Positions 1 to 7,802 of a stretch of DNA of 27,518 nt are shown here, piece by piece. This DNA comes from a virus (Duplodnaviria; Caudoviricetes). Below the pieces are notes generated by a model, which saw only the letters and a program-made list of their open reading frames with translations, was not told where the DNA came from and did not search any database. Numbering within the stretch: position 1 is the first letter of the stretch; each line of letters begins with the position of its first letter. The position numbers were made by a program, and so were the translations under genes. The stretch spans positions 1 through 27,518 of the IMG/VR virus record IMGVR_UViG_3300031896_000088. The stretch is one strand, 5' to 3'.

Positions 1-34
1 CTCAATCCTGGGGCACTTTTTACTGGGAGGTTCA

Positions 35-220
35 ATGATGGAAGGACCCATCATCGACCAGGTGGTCGTCATCGTGACGGATGCTGGGCCGCACGTACAG
101 CTGAAGTCGAACAACGGCGAGATCGTTGCATCGACTGAGGTGTACGAAAGCGTTCAGCACGCCAACGACACAGCCACCCGGATGGCCGAGCAGTTCGCCT
201 GCGAAGTCAGAACAGCCTAG
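35..220 (+). CDS. YegP/DUF1508-family small protein
   Basis: LKSNNGEIVASTEVYES matches the YegP signature (LkA.NGeiia.SE.Y.s). SD GGGAGG at 25-30; ATG at 35 or 38. Confidence 0.75.
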   Translation: MMEGPIIDQVVVIVTDAGPHVQLKSNNGEIVASTEVYESVQHANDTATRMAEQFACEVRTA

Positions 221-245
221 TAACCCACCTACAGGGAGGACCACA

Positions 246-500
246 ATGAGTGGCGAAGGATTTATCCTTGACACGCCCGAGCAGATTCGTGCGTTCGGCA
301 TGCTTCAGGTGTACCACAAGCTGAAGATGGAAGTCGAGCATCCCAACGGACCGAAGTGGCGTGGCAGCCCCATGATGCAGGCGATCTCGATCCTCGAGGC
401 TGCCGACATAAAGGTGCAGAAGCGCACCAAGAAGGCTGTGTTCGTCGAGTACCGTGCCTACCTCACGGTCATCGGCGTGCTGAAGGACACGGACAACTGA
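246..500 (+). CDS. Hypothetical phage protein (84 aa)
   Basis: ATG 246 follows SD CAGGGAGG (232-239); codon usage is phage-like from this ATG onward. Confidence 0.8.
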   Translation: MSGEGFILDTPEQIRAFGMLQVYHKLKMEVEHPNGPKWRGSPMMQAISILEAADIKVQKRTKKAVFVEYRAYLTVIGVLKDTDN

Positions 501-505
501 GCAGC

Positions 506-556
506 GGTGTCCTGCCTCACGGCAGGCACCCGGTGTTCAGTATCCTGCTGAACATC
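506..556 (+). other. Twin intergenic hairpins upstream of an SD
   Basis: CCTGCC(511-516)/GGCAGG(521-526) with outer GGTG/CACC, then GGTGTTCAGTA(532-542)/TGCTGAACATC(546-556). No U-tract follows. Confidence 0.6.
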
Positions 557-573
557 AAAACAGGGAGGTTACA

Positions 574-906
574 GTGACGGATAAGAAGCCAACTCCCGCG
601 AAGCAGTTCTCACTGCTGAGCACGGAGAACAAGCTGAAGATCCGCGGTGCGTATCGCCGTGGGCAGAAGCTTGTTGTCCTGGGCGACGGCAAGAAGTACA
701 TGATCTCTCTTCAGATCCGCAACGTCACCTACAGCACCAGCAAGCCGGTGACCAAGGTGGTGGACGATAAGCAACCGCGCAAGACGATCACTGAGAAGCA
801 GATCGTCAAGCGCACCGAGAAGTGGCTCATCGTGCGACCGGAGAAGAGTTCGTTGCCTCTCGCCAGCATCGCGCTGGATCCCAGCGAGAACGTCAGGTCA
901 CGCTAA
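574..906 (+). CDS. Hypothetical basic protein (110 aa)
   Basis: GTG start after CAGGGAGGT (561-569); its stop overlaps the next start (TAATG). Confidence 0.8.
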   Translation: MTDKKPTPAKQFSLLSTENKLKIRGAYRRGQKLVVLGDGKKYMISLQIRNVTYSTSKPVTKVVDDKQPRKTITEKQIVKRTEKWLIVRPEKSSLPLASIALDPSENVRSR

Positions 907-1661
907 TGGACAAGATCAACGTCACGTCCAAGCGGTCCTCCGTTCCCAACTGGGCCAAGTCGCCCGAAGCGGGCACTGCCGAGGAAGTCACCAACGAGGC
1001 ACTCAGCGGTGAGCCGAAGATCACGCCCAACCAGCGTGGTTTCCTGCTCGACCTGATCGCCAAGAAGCAGGTGAAGCCCGATCAAGAAGGCAAGATCGAC
1101 CTGATCATGAAGTGCCTGCGGATCTCTGAGGATCCGGAGGAGTACGGCATGAGCAAGTCTAAGGCCAGTGAGCTCATCACGTGGTTCCTGAAGCAGGACG
1201 ACAAGCCGAAGGAACGGTTCGAGGATGGCTCAACCATGATGGGCTTCATGAAGCAGCGGTTCGAGATGGAAGTGCCGGCAGGCAGGTACGCTGTCGACAA
1301 CGACCAGGGCGAGCTCCGCTTCTACAACGTCTGGGTCAGCCGCGATAAGATGCGTCTCAACGTGTACGTCGCGCATGGTCCGGAGGACAGCAACCTGAAG
1401 TACCAGCAGACCGTCATGGGTGTGCTGCGCAAGATCAAGGACGCCGGTATTCGCGAGGCTGCGATCCGGTACGGCATGGAGATCGGCTCATGCAGCAACT
1501 GTGGACGCCGACTCACCAACCGCATCAGCCGTGAGCTGGGCATCGGCCCGATTTGTGGTGGCCGCATGTTCGGCGAGGCTGACTGGAAGGACGAGGTCAA
1601 GACCAAGCGGCAAGAGATCATGCTGCGCGGTGAAGACCCCGATGAAGAGCTGGACGACTGA
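906..1661 (+). CDS. DUF6011-like C-terminal zinc-binding domain protein
   Basis: C-terminal CSNCGRRLTNRISRELGIGPIC fits CxxCGRxLT...S..GIGPxC. ATG 906 is coupled to the upstream stop. Confidence 0.8.
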   Translation: MDKINVTSKRSSVPNWAKSPEAGTAEEVTNEALSGEPKITPNQRGFLLDLIAKKQVKPDQEGKIDLIMKCLRISEDPEEYGMSKSKASELITWFLKQDDKPKERFEDGSTMMGFMKQRFEMEVPAGRYAVDNDQGELRFYNVWVSRDKMRLNVYVAHGPEDSNLKYQQTVMGVLRKIKDAGIREAAIRYGMEIGSCSNCGRRLTNRISRELGIGPICGGRMFGEADWKDEVKTKRQEIMLRGEDPDEELDD

Positions 1662-1729
1662 GTGTCCTGCGGTCCTGCCCCCACTCGGTCGGGGGCAGTT
1701 CCGGAGTACACCAACAACAGGGAGACCCA

Positions 1730-1975
1730 ATGAAGACAACGTCAGGCAAGACCACAGCCACACGCAGGCATGGTCGTGTCGTGCACATCTTTGGCGAGAA
1801 AGACGATCTGCTCGCCATCATCAGAGCTCCCACCTTGCGCCAGGCTCTCCTGGACTACGCCAAGGTGACTCTGTCAGGCTATGGCTGGACTAAGCCAGCC
1901 GTGGTGGGCAACGTCTTGACCATCAAGACCAAGACAGGACGAGTGCGCAGCTTCACCGCGCGCGAGGTGAAATAA
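1730..1975 (+). CDS. Hypothetical protein (81 aa)
   Basis: ATG follows CAGGGAG (1718-1724), with a hairpin at 1662-1711 upstream. Confidence 0.75.
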   Translation: MKTTSGKTTATRRHGRVVHIFGEKDDLLAIIRAPTLRQALLDYAKVTLSGYGWTKPAVVGNVLTIKTKTGRVRSFTAREVK

Positions 1976-1984
1976 CCTCAGTTT

Positions 1985-2066
1985 GCAGCGCATGGCGCTG
2001 CCGCTGCCCGCATGTTTTCCACCTCCCTGGGACATGCGGGTTGGCGGGAACGCCAAGTGGTGTTCC
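1985..2066 (+). ncRNA. Candidate three-hairpin small RNA with an anti-SD loop
   Basis: Stems GCAGCGC/GCGCTGC (1985-2001), CCCGCATGT/ACATGCGGG (2007-2040) enclosing CCACCTCCCTGG, and GGAACGCC/GGTGTTCC (2047-2066). Confidence 0.45.
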
Positions 2067-2068
2067 AC

Positions 2069-2132
2069 AAAGTCCCTGGTAATCTTGGGGATTTTGACAG
2101 GGTGGTCTGATCAGGTATCATTTCAGACCACC
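2069..2132 (+). promoter_or_regulatory. Sigma70-type promoter with an upstream 22-bp box and an overlapping inverted repeat
   Basis: TTGACA 2094-2099, 16-bp spacer, TATCAT 2116-2121. Inverted repeat GGTGGTCTGA (2101-2110)/TCAGACCACC (2123-2132). Box AAAGTCCCTGGTAATCTTGGGG at 2069-2090. Confidence 0.7.
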
Positions 2133-2176
2133 AGACGCCGTGCCATGCGGCGAAACTCAGAGTGAAGGGAGCAACC

Positions 2177-2710
2177 ATGGCAGTAACGGAAAAGCAGTAC
2201 GACGCGCTGGTCCGGGAGTTGAAGAAGAACCCCGGCAACAGCGAGCGTCACTACGCGGAAGCCACTGGCATTCCGCAGGGCCAGATCGGCAGCGTCTTGT
2301 ACGACGCCGAGTTGGAGGCAGACCCCAGCCTGAAGATGGCGGCCACCGCGAAGGCGGTCGTCAAGGCACGCGCAGACGGTCTGCGCTGGCCGCGCATCGC
2401 CGCCTACGCTGACATCTCCGTCAGCAAGGCGAAGCAGCTGTACGAGGAGGGCTCTGGCGAGTCCGCTTCGGACAGCTACGCTGGCCGTGGCCGGAACTTC
2501 ACCAACGGCAACGGTACCTCCAGCACCACCAAGTCGACCGGTGCCTCCGGTCGGCGGCAGACCGCCAAGACCAAGACGGCCACCAAGGAGCAGACCGGCA
2601 CGTCCGGTCGGCGTCGCGGTCGGCCTCCGGGATCGACCAACAAGCCGGCACCGGCCGGTCGTCGGCCTGCCGGTCGGCGCGGCACGAGGGCGAGCGCAAA
2701 CCCTCGCTAG
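2177..2710 (+). CDS. DNA-binding protein with two HTH-like motifs and a basic tail containing an AT-hook-like motif
   Basis: NPGNSERHYAEATGIPQGQIGSVL and GLRWPRIAAYADISVSKAKQLY look like HTHs; the tail contains RRRGRPPGS. SD AAGGGAG precedes ATG 2177. Confidence 0.7.
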   Translation: MAVTEKQYDALVRELKKNPGNSERHYAEATGIPQGQIGSVLYDAELEADPSLKMAATAKAVVKARADGLRWPRIAAYADISVSKAKQLYEEGSGESASDSYAGRGRNFTNGNGTSSTTKSTGASGRRQTAKTKTATKEQTGTSGRRRGRPPGSTNKPAPAGRRPAGRRGTRASANPR

Positions 2711-3048
2711 TGGCGGCAGCCCAGAGTGTTCTCAAGAGCGGCGACCCATCAGAGCTTGAACAGTTTCTGGTGGGTCGTCGCATCTGGGTGCAGATTCCAC
2801 GCAGCGAGCGCATGGGCGCGGACGGACACAAGTACACCATTCCGGAGCACTTGTATGACATCCGCGTCCTCTCGTTCAAGGGCTTCTTCCCTGCCGATCC
2901 GTCGGAGGGGCGACCGAAGCATCTCGTCCAACTCTGGACGGATCCCGGCGGCATGAGAACGCTGTCGCTTGGCAGCATTCATCTCCGGGACCCGAACAAG
3001 GTCAAAGCTGGTAAGGCGGCAGCCGCTGCCCGAGCCAGCAAGCGGTGA
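2710..3048 (+). CDS. Hypothetical protein, possibly a small SH3/WYL-like beta fold
   Basis: TAGTG stop/start coupling. LVQLWTDPGGMRTLSLGSI weakly resembles the WYL R.f.l.rI motif; the fold call is weak. Confidence 0.7.
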   Translation: MAAAQSVLKSGDPSELEQFLVGRRIWVQIPRSERMGADGHKYTIPEHLYDIRVLSFKGFFPADPSEGRPKHLVQLWTDPGGMRTLSLGSIHLRDPNKVKAGKAAAAARASKR

Positions 3049-3055
3049 CGTTGCA

Positions 3056-3151
3056 GCTGGTCCGTAGCGCGTTTCCAGGCTACGGTCCGGCTAGAGCGCC
3101 ACGCTCTACTGTCCAACCATGGAGGAACCACCCTCCAAAGCCGTAGGACGG
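3056..3151 (+). other. Intergenic three-hairpin structure
   Basis: CCGTAGC/GCTACGG, TAGAGCG/CGCTCTA and TGGAGG/CCTCCA stems lie in series before SD CCAGGGAGGT (3165-3174). Confidence 0.5.
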
Positions 3152-3179
3152 TCGTAAACACCCACCAGGGAGGTCTAAC

Positions 3180-3398
3180 ATGGCGAGTGACGCGATGAAG
3201 CGTATCACCAGCCTTGCAGTACAAGAGCTCGTGAACGACTGGGTCGATCAGAAGATCACCGATGAGTGGGAATCGGAGCAACGTGAGCCGAAGCTCACCA
3301 TCGAGGTCAGCAACATCGACCACAACAACACCATGATCCGTGTCGCGGGTCTTGGTGCTCCTCGCTACTTCAACGTGAAGCTCAGCGAGGTGCTTTGA
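3180..3398 (+). CDS. Hypothetical protein (72 aa)
   Basis: Strong SD; TGATG coupling to the next gene. Confidence 0.8.
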   Translation: MASDAMKRITSLAVQELVNDWVDQKITDEWESEQREPKLTIEVSNIDHNNTMIRVAGLGAPRYFNVKLSEVL

Positions 3399-3598
3399 TG
3401 CACGTCGTGATCGAGATCATCCAGCACCAAGAAGACAACACCGGCGATCCGAGGATCGACATCGAGATCGAATACGAGGTGTGGGGTCCGTTCGAAGATG
3501 GCGAGCAGGCGCAAGCCTGGACTCTGGAGAAGGCTGACGACAAGAGCACCAGCTACTACATCCTCCAGATGTCGACACCGGACACCTGGCGACGATGA
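3398..3598 (+). CDS. Hypothetical acidic protein (66 aa)
   Basis: ATG 3398 overlaps the upstream TGA. VWGPFEDGEQAQAW resembles the GPF.s.e.A..w motif of small phage proteins. Confidence 0.75.
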   Translation: MHVVIEIIQHQEDNTGDPRIDIEIEYEVWGPFEDGEQAQAWTLEKADDKSTSYYILQMSTPDTWRR

Positions 3599-3903
3599 CC
3601 ATCGTTGACTCATGGATGACGGTCTGCACGATCATCATCCTCGCTGTCGTACTCTGGCGAATCATCCTGGCGTTTGATCAGCTTCGGTTCGATCAGCGCC
3701 GGGACGCCAGGAACAGGCTCCTGATGCGAGCCAACATCAACGAGCTCATAGAATTGCTCTGTGAGGAAGACGAACCGATGCTGTGGATCGCACTCCACAA
3801 TAGCATTCGGAAGTACAGAAAGTGGGACGGCATCGATGTACCCGTTGGGCACCAAGATCCTGGTGAACGACAAGCCGGCAATTTACATCTACAAGAGCAG
3901 TGA
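3595..3903 (+). CDS. Membrane-anchored hypothetical protein
   Basis: ATGA overlap; N-terminal hydrophobic helix WMTVCTIIILAVVLWRIILA. Confidence 0.7.
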   Translation: MTIVDSWMTVCTIIILAVVLWRIILAFDQLRFDQRRDARNRLLMRANINELIELLCEEDEPMLWIALHNSIRKYRKWDGIDVPVGHQDPGERQAGNLHLQEQ

Positions 3904-3985
3904 GTCGGCAGCCGTCATCAGGTACAGCCACGAGAAAGACACGCGCGTAGTTCCTGCGCGCAAGATCAGGTTGCAGCCCAGCTGA
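3836..3985 (+). CDS. Small hypothetical protein, SH3/Tudor-like beta pattern (49 aa)
   Basis: MYPLGTKILVNDKPAIYIY...AVIRY...TRVVPARKI. It overlaps the upstream gene by 68 nt and ends at a long hairpin. Confidence 0.55.
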   Translation: MYPLGTKILVNDKPAIYIYKSSESAAVIRYSHEKDTRVVPARKIRLQPS

Positions 3986-4051
3986 CCCTGACGGTCCTCT
4001 CCTATGCGGTGGGAGAGGGTCGTGAAGGTCAGGTAACAATAGGAGGTCCCA

Positions 4052-4312
4052 ATGGCACACGTGAGGTCCAATGTGGAGCACGTGAGTCAGCTGCCTGTCT
4101 ATGAGGCCAAGCGGTCTTTGGACTTCCCCAGCTGGCTGATTGTTACGTGCCCGCGCGAGGACTGCCGTGAACAGTTCCTCGTGCAGTCAACAAGGTGGAT
4201 AAAGCCTCGCAGGTACACATCCCTGCGTGGCGAAAGCCACACCATCAAAGGTCGCTCGTGCCCTTACTGCATGCGTGTAGGTCGTGTACCGACACGTGCG
4301 AAGATAGGGTAG
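4052..4312 (+). CDS. Zinc-ribbon-like small protein
   Basis: SD AGGAGGT; CPREDC ... CPYC cysteine pairs. Confidence 0.7.
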   Translation: MAHVRSNVEHVSQLPVYEAKRSLDFPSWLIVTCPREDCREQFLVQSTRWIKPRRYTSLRGESHTIKGRSCPYCMRVGRVPTRAKIG

Positions 4313-4348
4313 ACTTACGGGTCGACCACTACCACCCGGGAGTACGGT

Positions 4349-6328
4349 ATGAGCAAAAGAGTATTTGCGGAACTCAGCCCATCGGGTGATGCGATCGAGG
4401 TTCATTTTCGTTATGACATCGATCTCCTCAACCTGATGCGAGAGCTACCAGGTGCTCGATACATCAACCAGCAACAGGGTGGGCCTCACTGGCTCGTTCC
4501 ACTCAATCTCGATAGTGCGAGACGGTTGAACGAGAACATGGGCCCAGATTTGGTGCTGGGTCTAGCACTACGGCAGTGGGGAAAGGAAGCAACGAAGCGT
4601 GAAGCCAGCTTGCAGACCATGGCGATCACTGATGATCTGCCGTTGGGCAAGCTGAAAATCGCGAAGGAACTTCCAGAGCTCGCAGAGTGGCTGCGTGGCT
4701 ACCAACGGGCAGACACGCAGTTCCTTGCGGCAACTTCCGCACTGAACCTCAATCAGCAGCGCCTCGGGAAGACCCCTGAGACCATCGCTGCTATCTTCGA
4801 GGCTGGGCTGGAGCAGGGACCACACCTGGTCGCTGCCCCGCGCACCAGCCTCAACACCGTGTGGCGTTTCGAAATCGAGCGTTGGACAGCGAAGCTCGAG
4901 AAACCGCACGAGGTCATCACCTACTCAGGTGAGATGACTAAGACCGCACGCCAGGCTGCAATTGATGAGTTCTGGCAATGCATCGACGACGAGTGGCCAG
5001 TCTGGTTTGTTTGCACCTACCAGACTGTACGCGATGGAGCCGAGCCGTTCATGGATCCCACTGAGTTTCCGGATGGCTGGGCGACCTTCACCATCGACGA
5101 GTTCCACAAGTCAGGACTACCGCGTGCCAATGGGAAGGGTAACGATGTGAAGGGTAACAGCAAGTTCTCGCTTGCGTGCAAGCAGATCAACGCACAAAGG
5201 CGTTACGCGCTGTCGGGCACCCCGATGGGAGGCAAGCCTATCAAGCTGTGGGGTGCGCTTCACTTCCTGTACCCACAGCAGTTCACCAGCAAGTGGCAGT
5301 GGGCTAAGACCTGGCTCGAAGTCAGCAACAACGGCTTCGGCACTGACATCGGTAGCATTCAGCGCGGACGCGCTGATGAGTTCTACCGGACCCACGCACC
5401 ATACATGGTCCGCAGGCTGCGGTCTGAGGTTCTGCCTCAGCTACCGCCAGCGCAATGGATCGACGTCTGGTGCGACATGTCACCCGCGCAAGCCAAGCAG
5501 TACCAAGAGTTCGCTGCACGTGCGGAGACGACGATCGAGGATCTTCAGCTCAATGCACTCGGCATTCTCGCCGAGTACACGCGGTTGAAGGTGTTCGCTG
5601 ACTCGTACTGCGCCACGATGCAGGAGCGAGAGGTACGTTGCGACCGCTGCGACGGTACTGGTGACATCAACGGCATGACTTGCGTTCGGTGCATCGGCAC
5701 CGGCAAGCGCAAGGTGCAGCATCCGATCCCGACTGCCCAAGAGCCGGGCGGCAACTTGTCTGGCAAGCTGCCGTTCCTGCTTGAGCGTCTGGCGGAGCAG
5801 GGCATCGTCGGTGCCAAGGTGCGCGGTGAGGAGGCTGATGACGCTGAAGGCGATTCGCTCGCCATCGTCGCGTCTCAGTTCAAGGAGATCGCGGACATGT
5901 ACCATGCGTATCTCAACCACATCGGCATCAAGGCTGTGAAGATCACCGGTGACACGAAGGATGAGGAGCGAACGGTCAACCAGATGCTGTTCCGTCAGGA
6001 TGGCACCAGACGACCGGACGATCCTCGCGTGATCGTCATGACCACCACAGCTGGCGGTGTCGCAATCACGCTTGACCTCGTGGAGAACGTCCACATCATG
6101 GACGAGACGTGGACTCCCGACGACCAGGAACAGCTGGCCGATCGGGCAGTCAACACCTCACGCATGCACCAGGTGGGTGTGTATGTCTACCGTTCCAGGA
6201 ACACGGTCGAGCATCATATCGCCGAGACCAACGTCGATAAGGCTCACATCAACCGTGAGATCCTCGACTTGCGGCGACAGGGCTTCCGCGCGACCATGCG
6301 TGAAGAGGCCAAGAACGGGAAGTCATGA
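4349..6328 (+). CDS. SNF2-like (SF2) helicase/translocase with a CxxCxGxG zinc-finger insertion
   Basis: LRGYQ (Q motif), RLGKT (I), DEFH (II), LSGTP (III), MVRRLRSEVLPQLP, TAGGVAITL (V), WTP..QEQLADRA (VI); insertion CDRCDGTG...CVRCIGTG. Confidence 0.9.
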   Translation: MSKRVFAELSPSGDAIEVHFRYDIDLLNLMRELPGARYINQQQGGPHWLVPLNLDSARRLNENMGPDLVLGLALRQWGKEATKREASLQTMAITDDLPLGKLKIAKELPELAEWLRGYQRADTQFLAATSALNLNQQRLGKTPETIAAIFEAGLEQGPHLVAAPRTSLNTVWRFEIERWTAKLEKPHEVITYSGEMTKTARQAAIDEFWQCIDDEWPVWFVCTYQTVRDGAEPFMDPTEFPDGWATFTIDEFHKSGLPRANGKGNDVKGNSKFSLACKQINAQRRYALSGTPMGGKPIKLWGALHFLYPQQFTSKWQWAKTWLEVSNNGFGTDIGSIQRGRADEFYRTHAPYMVRRLRSEVLPQLPPAQWIDVWCDMSPAQAKQYQEFAARAETTIEDLQLNALGILAEYTRLKVFADSYCATMQEREVRCDRCDGTGDINGMTCVRCIGTGKRKVQHPIPTAQEPGGNLSGKLPFLLERLAEQGIVGAKVRGEEADDAEGDSLAIVASQFKEIADMYHAYLNHIGIKAVKITGDTKDEERTVNQMLFRQDGTRRPDDPRVIVMTTTAGGVAITLDLVENVHIMDETWTPDDQEQLADRAVNTSRMHQVGVYVYRSRNTVEHHIAETNVDKAHINREILDLRRQGFRATMREEAKNGKS

Positions 6329-6831
6329 GTACCACGGAGAAGGATGTTACCCAGAAGAACTTCGAAGTGGTGGATCACAACATAGCCGCTGGCTATGTAA
6401 CGTACATCGTTGACCTCTGGGAAGGTGACCGTAATGACCCCGCCACCACTGTAACAAGGCACATTGGTGTGTGGCGGGGTGAGTCACTCGAGAAGGAAGA
6501 CGGTGAAGCGTTCGATCCGGACTGGCTTGACACCAGCAGCAGTTACAGCAAGTACAGGTGGCGGCCAGTACCCAAGCCAGAACCTGTCGTCTGGGAACAG
6601 ATCGAGCAAGTCTCCGGCGACAAGGAGGCTATGAAGGCTCGTGAGGACTACAAGAACCTCACGACTAAGCAAGAGGATCGTTACTACAGCACTGCGCATA
6701 ATACGCAGGTGGATGCATATGAGGCATTCATGACTGCTGTAGACCGCGTGGCCGAGGACGATACGGACGAGGCTGCCTGGAAGACGATAGAACAGTGGCG
6801 TATGAAGCACGCCATGAAGCACGAACGATAA
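6325..6831 (+). CDS. Hypothetical protein (168 aa)
   Basis: ATGA overlap with the helicase stop; normal codon usage. Confidence 0.8.
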   Translation: MSTTEKDVTQKNFEVVDHNIAAGYVTYIVDLWEGDRNDPATTVTRHIGVWRGESLEKEDGEAFDPDWLDTSSSYSKYRWRPVPKPEPVVWEQIEQVSGDKEAMKAREDYKNLTTKQEDRYYSTAHNTQVDAYEAFMTAVDRVAEDDTDEAAWKTIEQWRMKHAMKHER

Positions 6832-6844
6832 GAAGGGAGGACAG

Positions 6845-7084
6845 ATGGCGACATATCCTGCCGAGCATGTGCAGTGGCGCTCGACACAGCACAGCACCAA
6901 CGTCACGTCTGTCGGCTGGGACTGCAACGGTAACATGTACGTCAACTTCCGCGATGGAAGATTGTACATGTATCGTGGCGTCAGCCGGCAGCGTGTCGTT
7001 GCTGCCTGGCGTAGCAAGAGCGCAGGACGCTACATCAACCGTCAGATCAAGCCATTCTTCAAGGCTATCCGACTGGCGGGATGA
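6845..7084 (+). CDS. KTSC domain protein
   Basis: STNVTSVGWD...MYVNFRDGRLYMYRGV...SKSAGRYINRQIK matches the KTSC pattern; SD GGGAGG. Confidence 0.9.
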   Translation: MATYPAEHVQWRSTQHSTNVTSVGWDCNGNMYVNFRDGRLYMYRGVSRQRVVAAWRSKSAGRYINRQIKPFFKAIRLAG

Positions 7085-7464
7085 TGGGCGTGCTCGACTG
7101 GCTCTTCATCATTCTGGTCGGCTACTGCTTCCTGTGGGGGCTGAATCAGGGTAAGAAGACATTCCAGTGGCATCGTCGCCAGCGAAGGGATGCGTGGAAG
7201 CATGAACCGCCGAAGCGCATCCCCAAAGCTGGCACGGTGTTCTTCATGGACAAAACCATCGACGACGATCATCCACAGCCAATAGCGGTGGCTGCCCAGA
7301 TGCAGGCAGGCTACCGATTGCTGTACTCGTACGCAGCGCCCGACATCACCCGAGAGATGCGTGCGGTGAAGCAGGTGCTACAGCCATACAAGGTGCGTGG
7401 TGGATACCACTACGACGCCACTCGCATGATCATTGACAAACTGAGGGAGGGTGACCTTGCTTGA
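7081..7464 (+). CDS. Membrane-anchored hypothetical protein
   Basis: N-terminal transmembrane-like segment VLDWLFIILVGYCFLWGL; ATGA overlap. Confidence 0.75.
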   Translation: MMGVLDWLFIILVGYCFLWGLNQGKKTFQWHRRQRRDAWKHEPPKRIPKAGTVFFMDKTIDDDHPQPIAVAAQMQAGYRLLYSYAAPDITREMRAVKQVLQPYKVRGGYHYDATRMIIDKLREGDLA

Positions 7465-7798
7465 CGAAGTGAAGAAGCTGATGCTGCTCGACGCCCATGA
7501 CGACGAAGCGATGCTCCTGATCGACGGAAAGCAGGTCACCCTGCCAATCGGTGCGGAGATCGTGTTTCACGAGCCGCAAGAGATCGTTGAACAAGGAATC
7601 ACTGCGCTCAGGCTACAAGAGCCGGGAGGAGAAGTGCGGACCACCACTCCGCTAGACGGATTTGTGAAGTGGTTCCGCGATGAATTCGGATCTCTGTGGG
7701 TTAAGTATTCCATAATTGGAGAAGACCCCACCACGAAAATCACGCATGTATGTCCCGCATGGCGTGTGATTGACGTGCAGTATCGGAAGTCTTTGTAA
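7451..7798 (+). CDS. Hypothetical protein (115 aa)
   Basis: GTG follows GAGGGAGG; last gene before a 460-bp non-coding region. Confidence 0.75.
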   Translation: MTLLDEVKKLMLLDAHDDEAMLLIDGKQVTLPIGAEIVFHEPQEIVEQGITALRLQEPGGEVRTTTPLDGFVKWFRDEFGSLWVKYSIIGEDPTTKITHVCPAWRVIDVQYRKSL

Positions 7799-7802
7799 GC
7801 GT

